In this document: positions 15,848-25,706 of the stretch, one piece after another
Position numbering within the stretch: position 1 is the first letter of the stretch
How the letters are laid out: the number at the start of each line of letters is the position of its first letter
Source of the DNA: Bacteroidia bacterium
Lineage (GTDB): Bacteria; Bacteroidota; Bacteroidia; B-17B0; Aurantibacillaceae
NCBI GenBank assembly: GCA_031428235.1
Contig: JANPOX010000602.1
Span: forward strand, 1-28,813
Length of the DNA stretch: 28,813 nt
Direction of reading: 5' to 3'
Notes under the pieces: model-generated
What the model was told of the DNA's origin: nothing
Seen by the model: the letters and a program-made list of their open reading frames with translations, nothing else
Database searches by the model: none
Position numbers and translations under genes: made by a program

Positions 15848-17092
15848 ATGGTTTTTACCCTATTAAAAGAAAGTATTGTATTTGCCTGGGGCGCCTTGAT
15901 TGCCAATAAGCTCCGCACCTTCCTTAGTTTATTAGGAATTACCATTGGCATCTTTGCTATCATTACTGTGTTTACCATTGTAGATAGTTTAGAACGCAAC
16001 ATCCGTGGCAGTGTTCAAAGCCTTGGAGATAACGTGGTGTTTGTGATGAAGTGGCCATGGACATTTGGCCCTGATTATCCCTGGTGGAAATACATGAACC
16101 GCCCAGTTCCTGAATACAGCGAACTGGCAGAAGTTGAACGCAAAGCAAAAAGTATTGAAGCCGTAGGGTTCAGAATTGGTGCCCGTAAAATATTGAAACA
16201 TAATAATAATACAATTGAAAACGGTTTGGTTTCGGGGTGGTCATACGGTTATGGAAAAGTAAAAGCGTTTGATATTGTGGAGGGGCGTTACTTTAGGGAA
16301 GATGAAGCAGAAGGCGGATACAATGTGGTTTTGTTAGGATACACCCTGGCCGATGGTTTATTTCCAAACAATGAATTCCCAATTGGAAAAACCATTAAAG
16401 TAGCAGGGAGAAACTGCAAAGTTATTGGCCTCTTTAAAAAAGAAGGAGAAAGTATGCTGGGAAATAGTATGGATAACCAGGCAGTGGTACCCTACAATTT
16501 TGCACGTTTATTTATGGATGTGAAATCTGAAAATAGTGATCCTTTTATTGCTGCCAAAGCAAAACCGGGCGTTACCAATGATCAGTTAAAAGATGAGCTC
16601 ATCGGGATCATGCGATCCATCCGGGGATTAAAACCATTGGCGGATGATGATTTTGCGCTGAATGAAACTAATTTGTTAAGTAAAAACTTCGATGGACTGT
16701 TTGATATTGTGGGCATTGCAGGTGCCATCATCGGGGGCTTTTCTATTTTAGTAGGTGGTTTTGGCATTGCCAACATTATGTTCGTGTCGGCGCGGGAACG
16801 TACTAACCTAATCGGAATTCAAAAATCTCTCGGGGCAAAAAATTATTTTATACTCGCACAGTTCTTATTCGAAGCTGTGTTTTTATCGTTGATCGGAGGC
16901 ATCATAGGACTATTACTCATTTATGCCCTCACCTTTGCTGCCGACGGGGTGATTGATATGGAAATCACTTTAACCCGTTCCAATATTATTTTAGGTCTAA
17001 CCATTTCGGTATTGATTGGCATCATCAGTGGTTTCATCCCCGCTTATGGCGCCTCTCAGTTGGATCCGGTAGAAGCAATAAGAACCAATTAA
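15848..17092 (+). CDS. ABC transporter permease, MacB/FtsX family
   Basis: NKLRTFLSLLGITIG, periplasmic domain, VGGFGIANIMFVSARERTNLIGIQKSLGA, PAYGASQLDPVEAIR. Confidence 0.95.
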   Translation: MVFTLLKESIVFAWGALIANKLRTFLSLLGITIGIFAIITVFTIVDSLERNIRGSVQSLGDNVVFVMKWPWTFGPDYPWWKYMNRPVPEYSELAEVERKAKSIEAVGFRIGARKILKHNNNTIENGLVSGWSYGYGKVKAFDIVEGRYFREDEAEGGYNVVLLGYTLADGLFPNNEFPIGKTIKVAGRNCKVIGLFKKEGESMLGNSMDNQAVVPYNFARLFMDVKSENSDPFIAAKAKPGVTNDQLKDELIGIMRSIRGLKPLADDDFALNETNLLSKNFDGLFDIVGIAGAIIGGFSILVGGFGIANIMFVSARERTNLIGIQKSLGAKNYFILAQFLFEAVFLSLIGGIIGLLLIYALTFAADGVIDMEITLTRSNIILGLTISVLIGIISGFIPAYGASQLDPVEAIRTN

Positions 17093-17110
17093 ACAATAAA
17101 ACAAAAGGTG

Positions 17111-17144
17111 TCTGTCCCGATCGCTATCGGGAGTCGAAGACAGA
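17111..17144. repeat. Short composite palindromic (REP-like) element
   Basis: TCCCGAT-CGCT-ATCGGGA palindrome (17115-17132) within TCTGTC…GACAGA; GC-rich in an AT-rich intergenic gap. Confidence 0.55.
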
Positions 17145-17154
17145 ACTAATTAAT

Positions 17155-17502
17155 ATGGCAGCTATACAACGTCCGAAAACCATCTCTGTGATCACGGTCA
17201 TTGCCATTGTGCTGGTGTTGTTGGCGTTTCCAATGCTGTTTATGCCTTCCATTAAACGCATGGGCGATTTTATTCCCATGATCCTTGGCATCATCATTAC
17301 CCTGCAGTTCGTATCATTAATTGGGATTTGGCACATGAAACAATGGGGTGTTCAATTATTCATTATCATGTTTTGCATTAGGCTCATCACCTTCATGTAC
17401 CTGGATCTCTATGGCTTCCGTTTCTTTTTTAGCATCTTTTATTCGGTGCTGTTTATTATTTTATTTATGATCCATTATAGGAAGATGGATAGGAATTTGT
17501 AG
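17155..17502 (+). CDS. Small hypothetical membrane protein (about four TM segments)
   Basis: Strongly hydrophobic 115-aa ORF with M…RP start and GIWHMKQWG motif. Confidence 0.7.
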   Translation: MAAIQRPKTISVITVIAIVLVLLAFPMLFMPSIKRMGDFIPMILGIIITLQFVSLIGIWHMKQWGVQLFIIMFCIRLITFMYLDLYGFRFFFSIFYSVLFIILFMIHYRKMDRNL

Positions 17503-17538
17503 ATCATTTCCATTCTTTTATTAAATTTATAGGTATGG

Positions 17539-19030
17539 TTAATTCAAAGCAACTTTCTTCACTACTCTTTCTTCTGCTGATATTATTTCTATAAAATATA
17601 TTCCTTTAGCCTGAGTACTTAAATCTATTTCAGAGCTTAACTCAGTGCATTTATATTTGTTTAATATGCAGTTGCCCAACACATCATACACACAAATAGT
17701 GGTTGTAGAAGATTTATTTTTAAAATTGATTATGAAAATTCCTGATGTTGGATTTGGATAAACATCAGGATTAATTTTTTCATTTTTTAATTCATCAATT
17801 GTTGTAGTATTACTCGCATCCAAGATTGCAAGGAAGTAATTAATGCCTGGCATTCCAATAAGTGTGTCATCAAGCACAATTTTATTATCGAACATTCCAG
17901 AAATGAAACAGGTATTATTAGAAAGAGCTGCGATTCCTTGCCCTGCTCTTATGAGAAAAAGATGAATCTTGGACTAACCAAATTAAATTCCCTGAGGTGC
18001 TTATCTTACCGGTTTTAAAAAAATATTCGCGCGGAGGATTACCACTAAAAGTCCATTTAAGATGTGTTCCTGTAAAATAAATATTGTCAGTTGAGTCAAT
18101 GTCCATTCCATTTATATATCCTCTATCTTCGACAAAAAAATTTTGAAGTAAGAGGCCATCGTTTGAAATTTTTTTGATGGCTCCATAATCCAAGTAATGC
18201 GAACTTTGCGTTTCAATTATAAAAATGTCGCCAACAGAGTTAATTCGTAAATTATGGATGGATTCATATATTCCACCTCCTATATATTTTTCCCATAGCA
18301 AATTTAGGGAAGGATCAAATTTAAGTACATAACGGGAATAAGGCCCATTTGTTATTGTTGACGTATCAATTTTAACAGTGCCACTTATTGTTGCTAGTAA
18401 TATTAAATTTCCAAGTTCATCCTGTTTGATCTCTTGTCCTACTGAGATAGAGTACAGGTCTAGTGGCATTCTATCTACGAATTTCATTTGCTGTATATTT
18501 CCATTCATATCAAACTTTGAAATGAACATGTCTAGACCAATGGTTTTCGGAAAAACAGTCTGACCGATGAAAGTGGTATCATGTACAGCGCCTGTTACAT
18601 AAATGTTATTATTATGAACACAAACATCCCCGGCAATATCATTGGAAATGCTTCCGATTTGTTTTAGCCAGATGGCGTTACCTGTTGGGTTTAGTTTAAG
18701 CATGAAAACGTCCAGATCTCCTTTACTGAATAATGAGATGGAATCTACAACCAAAGTGGTGCTGAATGTTCCTACGATATAAATATTGTCGACAGTATCA
18801 AAATTTACATTAATTATAGTGCCACCAAAAGATTTCACCCAAATGAATTTTCCATTTGAATTATATTTCTTTAATTCAGTTTCACCATGGCCGACAGTAA
18901 ACACTTCATCTCCATGATTCTTAACAACTCGTGTATCGTTAGTTGAAGAAACAATGCTGTCCCATACCCATTGTTGCGCAAAGACAGATAGATCCACAAT
19001 ACAAAAAAGAGTCATTATGATTTTTTTCAC
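17539..19030 (-). pseudogene. Frameshifted T9SS cargo gene (SBBP-like beta-propeller repeats + type A CTD); track ORFs 17918..19156 and 17539..17895 are its two halves
   Basis: Probable GTG start at 19030 gives MKKIIMTLFCIVDLSVFAQ (signal peptide). Repeats of type G.I..D..(D/G)NIY.TG. The second frame is open from 17973, supplies the next repeat (AGQGIAALSNNTCFISG) and ends in VYPNP…VYDVLG…KGIYF CTD. Confidence 0.75.
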
Positions 19031-19134
19031 CGCTATAATTTTATCCAAAATTACTTGGCAATTGCGCCTAAACTTTTTCTTTTCGCTAAGACGGCACTTT
19101 TGGTAGTTACTTAATGGTGCTATATTCATTTCAC

Positions 19135-19165
19135 TTTGCAAAATTCCCGTAAACATTTATCTTTG
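19135..19165 (+). promoter_or_regulatory. Bacteroidota sigma70-type promoter of the 19184 gene
   Basis: TTTG (19135-19138), 19-bp spacer, TATCTTTG (19158-19165), ATG at 19184. Confidence 0.8.
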
Positions 19166-19183
19166 AAAAAAGATTAATTCCTC

Positions 19184-19804
19184 ATGGAGCAGAACCTGAA
19201 ACCCGAAGAACGTGAACTGGTAAAACTGGTGCAATATTTTAAAAAACGCGCACAGGTATTGATTAGTGAAGATAAGATGGATGATGCTTATTCTCAGATG
19301 TTGGAAACCTGCGATAAATTAAGTGAGCAACTTTTTATCCACGCCAAAAACAGAGATACAATTTTAGGAGAACGCGAACAGTTGGATGGGATGATCAAGG
19401 ACAATGCCAAATGCCCCAAATGTAATAGTAATGAAATGCTCAAAGTCATTGGTTTTGATACAACTGCCGAAGGCTGGAAAAGCAATAAATATAAATGCCG
19501 ACGTTGCAACATTGCTTTTGTTTGGAATACACCCAATAATCCATGGGATATGATTCCTTACGTTGAAAAATTTATTAAAGACACCGAAGAAAAAATAGCA
19601 GGTCTGGATGCTTCTGATCAAAATCTTCAACAAACCATCCAAGGCCTTGATGCAATGAAGGCAAACCTTGCTAAATTAAAACCCGTTGCAGAGGCTTCAG
19701 ATCTAGATATGCAGGACTTAGCAGAACGCGAAGTACAAATGGCTGATATGGTGCACAAGTTTAAAAAACACCTGATGATCGAAAAGATTAAGATGGAAGA
19801 ATAA
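19184..19804 (+). CDS. Hypothetical protein: zinc ribbon (CPKC…CRRC) flanked by coiled coils
   Basis: Two CxxC pairs; helical heptad-rich flanks; own consensus promoter. Confidence 0.8.
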   Translation: MEQNLKPEERELVKLVQYFKKRAQVLISEDKMDDAYSQMLETCDKLSEQLFIHAKNRDTILGEREQLDGMIKDNAKCPKCNSNEMLKVIGFDTTAEGWKSNKYKCRRCNIAFVWNTPNNPWDMIPYVEKFIKDTEEKIAGLDASDQNLQQTIQGLDAMKANLAKLKPVAEASDLDMQDLAEREVQMADMVHKFKKHLMIEKIKMEE

Positions 19805-20083
19805 TAGCATCTCTGTTCAGATAATTGCCTAACACAGGTTAATACTTTTCATTGTTTTTACGCGCGTTTTACGCGCTTGTAGTCTTAAAATGGATTACAC
19901 TTATATAAACCTTCATTTAAATTTATAGTATTCATCGATTCATCGGTGCAAATTGTTAATTAGTCTGAAAATGCTATTTAACTGTCAAATTGTTTTGTTT
20001 TATTCAAAACTTTAATTATATCTTTATATAGAATTGACCACTACGTTAGCTCAACAAAAACATACATTTTAATCAATAAAAAC

Positions 20084-22294
20084 ATGGTTGCAGAAGAAGT
20101 TGAAACCCATAATTTAATAGATCCGTTAAAAGCTTTTTTTGGCTTTGGAGGATTTAAGGGAACCCAAGAAGCTATTATCAATAATATACTAAACAAACAA
20201 GATACTTTTGTAATCATGCCAACCGGTGGAGGAAAGTCGTTGTGCTACCAACTACCGGCCATTATGAGCGAAGGAACAGCCATTATTGTTTCGCCCCTAA
20301 TTGCTTTAATGAAAAACCAGGTGGATGCCATTCGCGGTTTCAGTAACGAAACAGGCATTGCCCACTTTTTAAATTCCTCTTTAAATAAATCGGAAATTGC
20401 CACTGTTAAGAAAGACGTGCTTTCCGGAAAAACAAAATTATTATACGTTGCCCCTGAAACTTTAAATAAGGAAGATAACATTGAATTTTTCTCTGAATTT
20501 AAAATTTCCTTCTTTGCTATCGACGAAGCGCATTGTATTTCAGAATGGGGACATGATTTCCGTCCTGAATACCGTAGATTACGTCCAATCATCGACAAAT
20601 TAGGATCTGTGCCCGTAATGGCTTTAACAGCAACAGCTACGCCTAAAGTTCAACAGGATATTCAAAAGAATTTAGGCATGCTGGAAGCCAGTTTGTTTAA
20701 ATCGTCTTTTAACCGCGATAATTTATATTATGAAGTTCGCGCCAAGCAAAATGTGATCAAAGAGATCATTAAATATGCAAGGCAAAATGCGGGTAAATCA
20801 GGGATTATCTACTGTCTGAGTCGTAAAAAAGTGGAAGAAGTAGCGCAGGCTCTGATTGTTAACGGCGTAAAAGCTGCCCCATATCATGCAGGTCTTGATG
20901 CTAAGGAACGCGCTAAGACCCAGGATGGGTTCTTAATGGAAGATATTGATGTGATTGTTGCGACCATTGCTTTTGGGATGGGAATTGATAAACCGGATGT
21001 GCGTTTTGTGATCCATCACGATATTCCTAAATCATTAGAAGGCTACTACCAGGAAACAGGACGTGCCGGACGTGACGGAGGAGAAGGGAATTGCCTGACT
21101 TTTTACAGCTATGATGATATCATGAAACTGGAGAAGTTTATGAAGGATAAACCGGTAAATGAGCAGGAAATAGGAAAGCAAATGTTGTCTGAAACGGCTT
21201 CGTTTGCAGAAACTTCTTCGTGCCGTCGTAAATTCATTCTTCATTATTTTGGAGAAGAATTTGATGATGCCAAATGTAATGAGATGTGCGACAACTGCCG
21301 TCATCCAAAACAAAAATTTGAAGCACAGGATGATTTAATACTGGCTATCAAAGCTGTCAAAGAAAGCAAAGAGAAGCACAAAGTGAAGGATATCATTAAT
21401 TTGCTGATTGGAAACTTAACGGCTACCGGAAAATCATACAAACACAACGAATTAAAAACATGGGGCGAAGGAGTAGAATCTGATAAAGACGATAAATTCT
21501 GGAATGCCGTGATGCGCCAGGCTCTTGTAAATGGGTTCTTCTCAAAGGATATTGAAAATTACGGTTTGGTAAAAATCACCGATAAAGGAAAAGAATTTTT
21601 AAAGAGTCCGTTTAGCATCAAGTTCACACGCGATAACGATTTCAGCAATGCAGAAAGTGATAACGATGATGATATAGTTGGAGGAAAAGGTTCGCACAGT
21701 ACTGATGAGGTTTTATATGCAATGCTAAAAGATCTGACTAAAAGGGTAGCCAAACAAAATAATTTACCTCCGTATATTATTTTCCAGGAACCATCTTTAG
21801 AGGAGATGTCCATCAACTATCCGATCACCATGGAAGAAATGGCCAAAATTACGGGTGTAGGTGCCGGTAAAGCGGCTAAATACGGCAAAGCATTTTTAGA
21901 AGTAATTAAAAAACACGTAGAAGAAAATGACATTGAGCGTCCGAGCGACATGGTCATTAAATCGGTGGTAAATAAATCAGGGTTAAAAGTATTTATCATT
22001 CAAAACATTGACCGTAAGGTTAGTCTGGAGGATATGGCTAAAAATAAAAACCTGAAGATGAACGATCTGTTAACAGAAATTGAAACGATCGTAACTTCGG
22101 GAACAAAAGTAAATATCAACTATTACATCGATCAGGTGGTTGATGAAGACAAGAAAGATGATATTTATGAATGCCTCAGAGAAGCTGAAACAGATGACAT
22201 CACAGCTATTTTAAAAGAATTGGGCGAAGATGAATACAGCGAAGAAGAAGTAAGATTGTTGCGAATTAAGTTCATAAGTGAATTTGCAAATTAG
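20084..22294 (+). CDS. recQ: ATP-dependent DNA helicase RecQ (helicase core, Zn/RQC, HRDC, C-terminal extension)
   Basis: MPTGGGKSLCYQ, YVAPE, IDEAHCISEWGHDFRPEY, TATAT, ATIAFGMGIDKPDVR, YYQETGRAGRDG, CRR…CDNC. Confidence 0.98.
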   Translation: MVAEEVETHNLIDPLKAFFGFGGFKGTQEAIINNILNKQDTFVIMPTGGGKSLCYQLPAIMSEGTAIIVSPLIALMKNQVDAIRGFSNETGIAHFLNSSLNKSEIATVKKDVLSGKTKLLYVAPETLNKEDNIEFFSEFKISFFAIDEAHCISEWGHDFRPEYRRLRPIIDKLGSVPVMALTATATPKVQQDIQKNLGMLEASLFKSSFNRDNLYYEVRAKQNVIKEIIKYARQNAGKSGIIYCLSRKKVEEVAQALIVNGVKAAPYHAGLDAKERAKTQDGFLMEDIDVIVATIAFGMGIDKPDVRFVIHHDIPKSLEGYYQETGRAGRDGGEGNCLTFYSYDDIMKLEKFMKDKPVNEQEIGKQMLSETASFAETSSCRRKFILHYFGEEFDDAKCNEMCDNCRHPKQKFEAQDDLILAIKAVKESKEKHKVKDIINLLIGNLTATGKSYKHNELKTWGEGVESDKDDKFWNAVMRQALVNGFFSKDIENYGLVKITDKGKEFLKSPFSIKFTRDNDFSNAESDNDDDIVGGKGSHSTDEVLYAMLKDLTKRVAKQNNLPPYIIFQEPSLEEMSINYPITMEEMAKITGVGAGKAAKYGKAFLEVIKKHVEENDIERPSDMVIKSVVNKSGLKVFIIQNIDRKVSLEDMAKNKNLKMNDLLTEIETIVTSGTKVNINYYIDQVVDEDKKDDIYECLREAETDDITAILKELGEDEYSEEEVRLLRIKFISEFAN

Positions 22295-22311
22295 TTTTTT
22301 TAAGTTTGTTT

Positions 22312-22351
22312 GCAAAGAAGCCATCCGCTAAGTAGCGGATGGCTTCTTTGC
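22312..22351. terminator. Long hairpin terminator after recQ
   Basis: Perfect inverted repeat GCAAAGAAGCCATCCGCT-AAGT-AGCGGATGGCTTCTTTGC; GC core followed by TTCTTT. Confidence 0.8.
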
Positions 22352-22498
22352 TGATAGCTGATTTCAAAAATTTTGTCATGCGTGCGTGCCTAAAACGATG
22401 CAATTAATCATAATGTACTGAACATCAATTAATTAATCTAAGCCCCAAGCATTTTCGTATGTTCAAATAAAGGTTAACTTTATATTCCCGTATTTCAT

Positions 22499-24586
22499 AT
22501 GACTTTTTTCTGTAAAAAATGTAACATTATTGCCTTTTTAGTTGGCTTGTTTATCTGTCATGAGAATATTATGATGGGACAAAACAAGGATGAAATAGTA
22601 TCCTCGTATATTAAAAGTTTAACAGAAACCTGGAATGAGTTTAATACACAAACTTTTTCCTCTTACATCATTGATACAACGGCCACATTAAAATCAGAGC
22701 CATTTAAAATAGATCAAAAGTCTTTGGTTGATAACCGCACTAAAATGCAGCTGAGGTTAAATCAATTGCAGCAAACCATCAATAAAAAAGATGTGGGTTT
22801 GCATGCAACGGTTAATTACCAGGAAAATTTTAATAACCCGATTGTTGACCCCGAAGAATTCGTTGTTTTTAAACGGCGTGCTATCGCCGGATTCGATTGG
22901 GATATTTTAAGCAATGGATTTTATGAAAGCAGGCTGAGAAACAAAATACTGAAACTGAATTACGAAACATTGGAAAAAAAGCAACAGACAGAAAAACTGA
23001 ACGCTTTTCAGAATGCTCAGACAGCGCAGATCATTGCTTACTTTAATATTAAAAAAATTGAAATTTTAAATGTCCGAAAAAATCTGAATAACAAACAAGT
23101 TCCGGTGATCGAAAAATTGTGGGCCATTAAGCACATCACAAAAGATAATTATTTAAAAGCGCTTCAAAACACCACAGATATAAACGCCCAGTATAATATT
23201 TATCAGAATTATAATCAGGCCAGGGCAAATGGAAAGACTTTTGATTTTGAATTACCGATCCTTGATATTAATATTCAACAGCTTTTACAAAAAGCAAACA
23301 TTTCCACGTTTGATTCAACGGCTAATGATGCCACACGTCTTGCTAAATATCAATCCTCTTATTTAAAAGATGTGAGTTTAAAGGCATACACCCGTTATAA
23401 TTATTATGATGTAAGTAATGCGAACCAACCAAATAGATCTTTTGTTTCTATAGGGATGAATTTATCTATGCCGTTGGCGTTTAATCAAAAAGATAAAAAG
23501 GCCTTTTACCTGCTTCAGCAACAACTGACCATTGCAAAAGAAGAAATTGATTCTGTTGATTTCGAAGCATCGATCTTAAATAAATATTATGAGTATCAAT
23601 ATAAATTGAAGCAATTTAAAAACCTATATCATAAGCGATTGGTATTTGAAGAACTACTAAGAACTGAGCGTGCAAAGCAACAATTTGATGACATGGAGTT
23701 TAATCCCAATACGGCTTTGTTTATATTGGATGATTATTGGAGCAACGCGATTGAATTACTGGATTTAAAACAGGATCTTTATAAAATTCTCCTTGACTTG
23801 AAAACAAGAATGCCGGCGGTTCAGATATCTGAGTATACCAGCTCGTTGAATTTATCCAATCTGAATATAGCTTCCAGTAATCCCCCATTTAAAGCTGTTT
23901 ATATTTGGAGCGATGCCTTTAAGAATAACTCCCAAACCGTTATTAATGAGTATTGCAAGGTCAATGAATTTAATCCTTTGCTGATCTCATATAATCCCGG
24001 TAAAGCATATGTGTTGCAAATTTCTGATTTTATTTCGAAGAATCACGGTACACCGGTACACTTAATGATCGGAAGTAACAAGTTGTTGCAAACAGGTATT
24101 AGTGGATTTTTAGATACCTTAAAAATGAACATGAACCTGTCATACATTAAAGGCATTCATTTGGATATTGAGCCGCATACTTTCCCTGACTTTAAAGAAA
24201 ATAAAGAGCAGTATTTCAAAAAATATATTCAGCTGTTAAAACAGGCAAAACAATTTACAGATAAAAACCATCTGGAACTATCTGTTTCCATTCCTTTAAA
24301 TTATCCCGAAGAGGTTTTAACAGAATTAAATACACTCTGCAATTATGTTTATTTAATGGCTTACGAAAATGTTGACCCTGATTTTATTTCCAGGAAAACC
24401 TTAGAGGAAAAAGCAATACTGAAAAGTAAATGCGTTTTAGCATTAAGAACAAAAGATTTTGAGAACAGGAACAGCATGGATGAAGCTTTAAAAAAATCCG
24501 GTTTTGATAAATCCGCATACCATGATCTGGATGACCTAATCAAATTTGACAACCAAAGTATTAACGTGAAGGAAGGCAACAAGTAA
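22499..24586 (+). CDS. TolC/OEP-like outer-membrane channel fused to a C-terminal GH18-like (beta/alpha)8 domain
   Basis: Signal-like N-terminus; two OEP-type repeats (strand pairs VGLHATVNYQENF/RRAIAGFDWDIL and DVSLKAYTRYNYY/FVSIGMNLSMPL, each followed by long amphipathic helices); aa ~462-695 with alternating strands AVYIW, VHLMIG, GIHLDIEP, LSVSIP, VYLMAYE. Confidence 0.65.
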   Translation: MTFFCKKCNIIAFLVGLFICHENIMMGQNKDEIVSSYIKSLTETWNEFNTQTFSSYIIDTTATLKSEPFKIDQKSLVDNRTKMQLRLNQLQQTINKKDVGLHATVNYQENFNNPIVDPEEFVVFKRRAIAGFDWDILSNGFYESRLRNKILKLNYETLEKKQQTEKLNAFQNAQTAQIIAYFNIKKIEILNVRKNLNNKQVPVIEKLWAIKHITKDNYLKALQNTTDINAQYNIYQNYNQARANGKTFDFELPILDINIQQLLQKANISTFDSTANDATRLAKYQSSYLKDVSLKAYTRYNYYDVSNANQPNRSFVSIGMNLSMPLAFNQKDKKAFYLLQQQLTIAKEEIDSVDFEASILNKYYEYQYKLKQFKNLYHKRLVFEELLRTERAKQQFDDMEFNPNTALFILDDYWSNAIELLDLKQDLYKILLDLKTRMPAVQISEYTSSLNLSNLNIASSNPPFKAVYIWSDAFKNNSQTVINEYCKVNEFNPLLISYNPGKAYVLQISDFISKNHGTPVHLMIGSNKLLQTGISGFLDTLKMNMNLSYIKGIHLDIEPHTFPDFKENKEQYFKKYIQLLKQAKQFTDKNHLELSVSIPLNYPEEVLTELNTLCNYVYLMAYENVDPDFISRKTLEEKAILKSKCVLALRTKDFENRNSMDEALKKSGFDKSAYHDLDDLIKFDNQSINVKEGNK

Positions 24587-24587
24587 G

Positions 24588-25703
24588 ATGAAAAGCATAA
24601 ACTTCCAGAGAAACAAATCATTGATCCGCGTTGTTAATGAGCAAAAAGTAAAAAAGAAAAAACAACGTAACTGGGACAGAATTCTTTATATAGGCTTACT
24701 CTTGACTTTCATCCTTTTCATGTTTTACTATTTCTTTTTTAAGTTTGTGTATGTGCACGCCTTTGGCCATGTTATAATCGAAAACACGCACATTCGCTTA
24801 ACGGATGATGCCCGCGTGATAGAATTTTATGTGAATGAAGGCGATAGTATCCAAAAAAATGATACTTTATTTTCATATGCTCTTGATCGGGATGATGACA
24901 TCAACGGACAATCATCTCTGAGTATTGGTTCCATTACTGCTGCTGGAAAAGACGAATGGTGGGTGAAAGAATTATTTGCTCTGAAAAAGAAAATCGTTTT
25001 AAACAACATTGATGTTTCTGAAAACGGTAATCTTATCGCTAATTATAAAACTGAGATCAAGCGATTAAGTAATGAAGTGATTCTTGATGTGATGCCAAAA
25101 AGCAGACTGGAGTTTGTACAAAATGAAATCTTCCGATTAAATACTGAAAATCAAAAACTTCAAAAGGAAAATAGTGAGTTAAATGGATTGATCAAAACAT
25201 TGGGGCCAACCACCAATAAAAATAAGTACAGTGCTTCCAACATTCGGTTAAAAAACGGCTCTAGAGGTTTAACTGAACTGAGTAAGCTGGCATTCAGTGA
25301 GGAGTTATTGTCAGAACCCAAATATTTTAAATCCCCGATCAGTGGCGTTTCTACCCGCATCTTTATTCATAATTACGAAACGGCTCTAAAGAGCGAAGAA
25401 ATTATGTCCATTCACCAGGCCCATCCTGCTTTTATAAAAGCCTATTTTGAACAGGAGGATTTGCGGTATTTTAAGGTAGGCGATGAATTTGAAATAAAAT
25501 TTCCTGATGGAACAACCAGTATCGGGATCCTGAAACGGTTTTATATTGCTACTTATACGTTGCCTGAAGAGTTCCAAAAAAAATACGAGCCAACCACACG
25601 AAGCATTGCCGCGGATATTTACCCGGCAGATTCACTTGAGATAAAGAAATGGCATGCGTTTTACAAAATGAGTGTGGATATATCAAAATTAAAATTTAAC
25701 TAG
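24588..25703 (+). CDS. HlyD-family membrane-fusion (periplasmic adaptor) protein
   Basis: Single N-terminal TM; lipoyl-like half VIEFYVNEGDSIQKNDTLF; coiled coil; second half KSPISGV; beta-barrel IKAYFEQEDLRYFKVGD. Confidence 0.8.
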   Translation: MKSINFQRNKSLIRVVNEQKVKKKKQRNWDRILYIGLLLTFILFMFYYFFFKFVYVHAFGHVIIENTHIRLTDDARVIEFYVNEGDSIQKNDTLFSYALDRDDDINGQSSLSIGSITAAGKDEWWVKELFALKKKIVLNNIDVSENGNLIANYKTEIKRLSNEVILDVMPKSRLEFVQNEIFRLNTENQKLQKENSELNGLIKTLGPTTNKNKYSASNIRLKNGSRGLTELSKLAFSEELLSEPKYFKSPISGVSTRIFIHNYETALKSEEIMSIHQAHPAFIKAYFEQEDLRYFKVGDEFEIKFPDGTTSIGILKRFYIATYTLPEEFQKKYEPTTRSIAADIYPADSLEIKKWHAFYKMSVDISKLKFN

Positions 25704-25706
25704 GCT

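Noticed and set aside
15848-17092. ABC permease as exporter for the right-hand GT2 operon
   Set aside because: Over 5 kb away, separated by unrelated genes and terminators; a common stand-alone MacB/FtsX-type gene.
19031-19156. N-terminal 42 codons of the 412-aa ORF as given in the track
   Set aside because: Overlaps the -33 box and spacer of the divergent 19184 promoter and precedes a much better GTG start that yields a typical MKK… signal peptide.
22312-22351. Perfect 18-bp-arm hairpin as a MITE or mobile palindrome
   Set aside because: Position right after recQ and a GC core with T-rich/A-rich flanks fit an ordinary terminator; no second copy or target duplication is visible.
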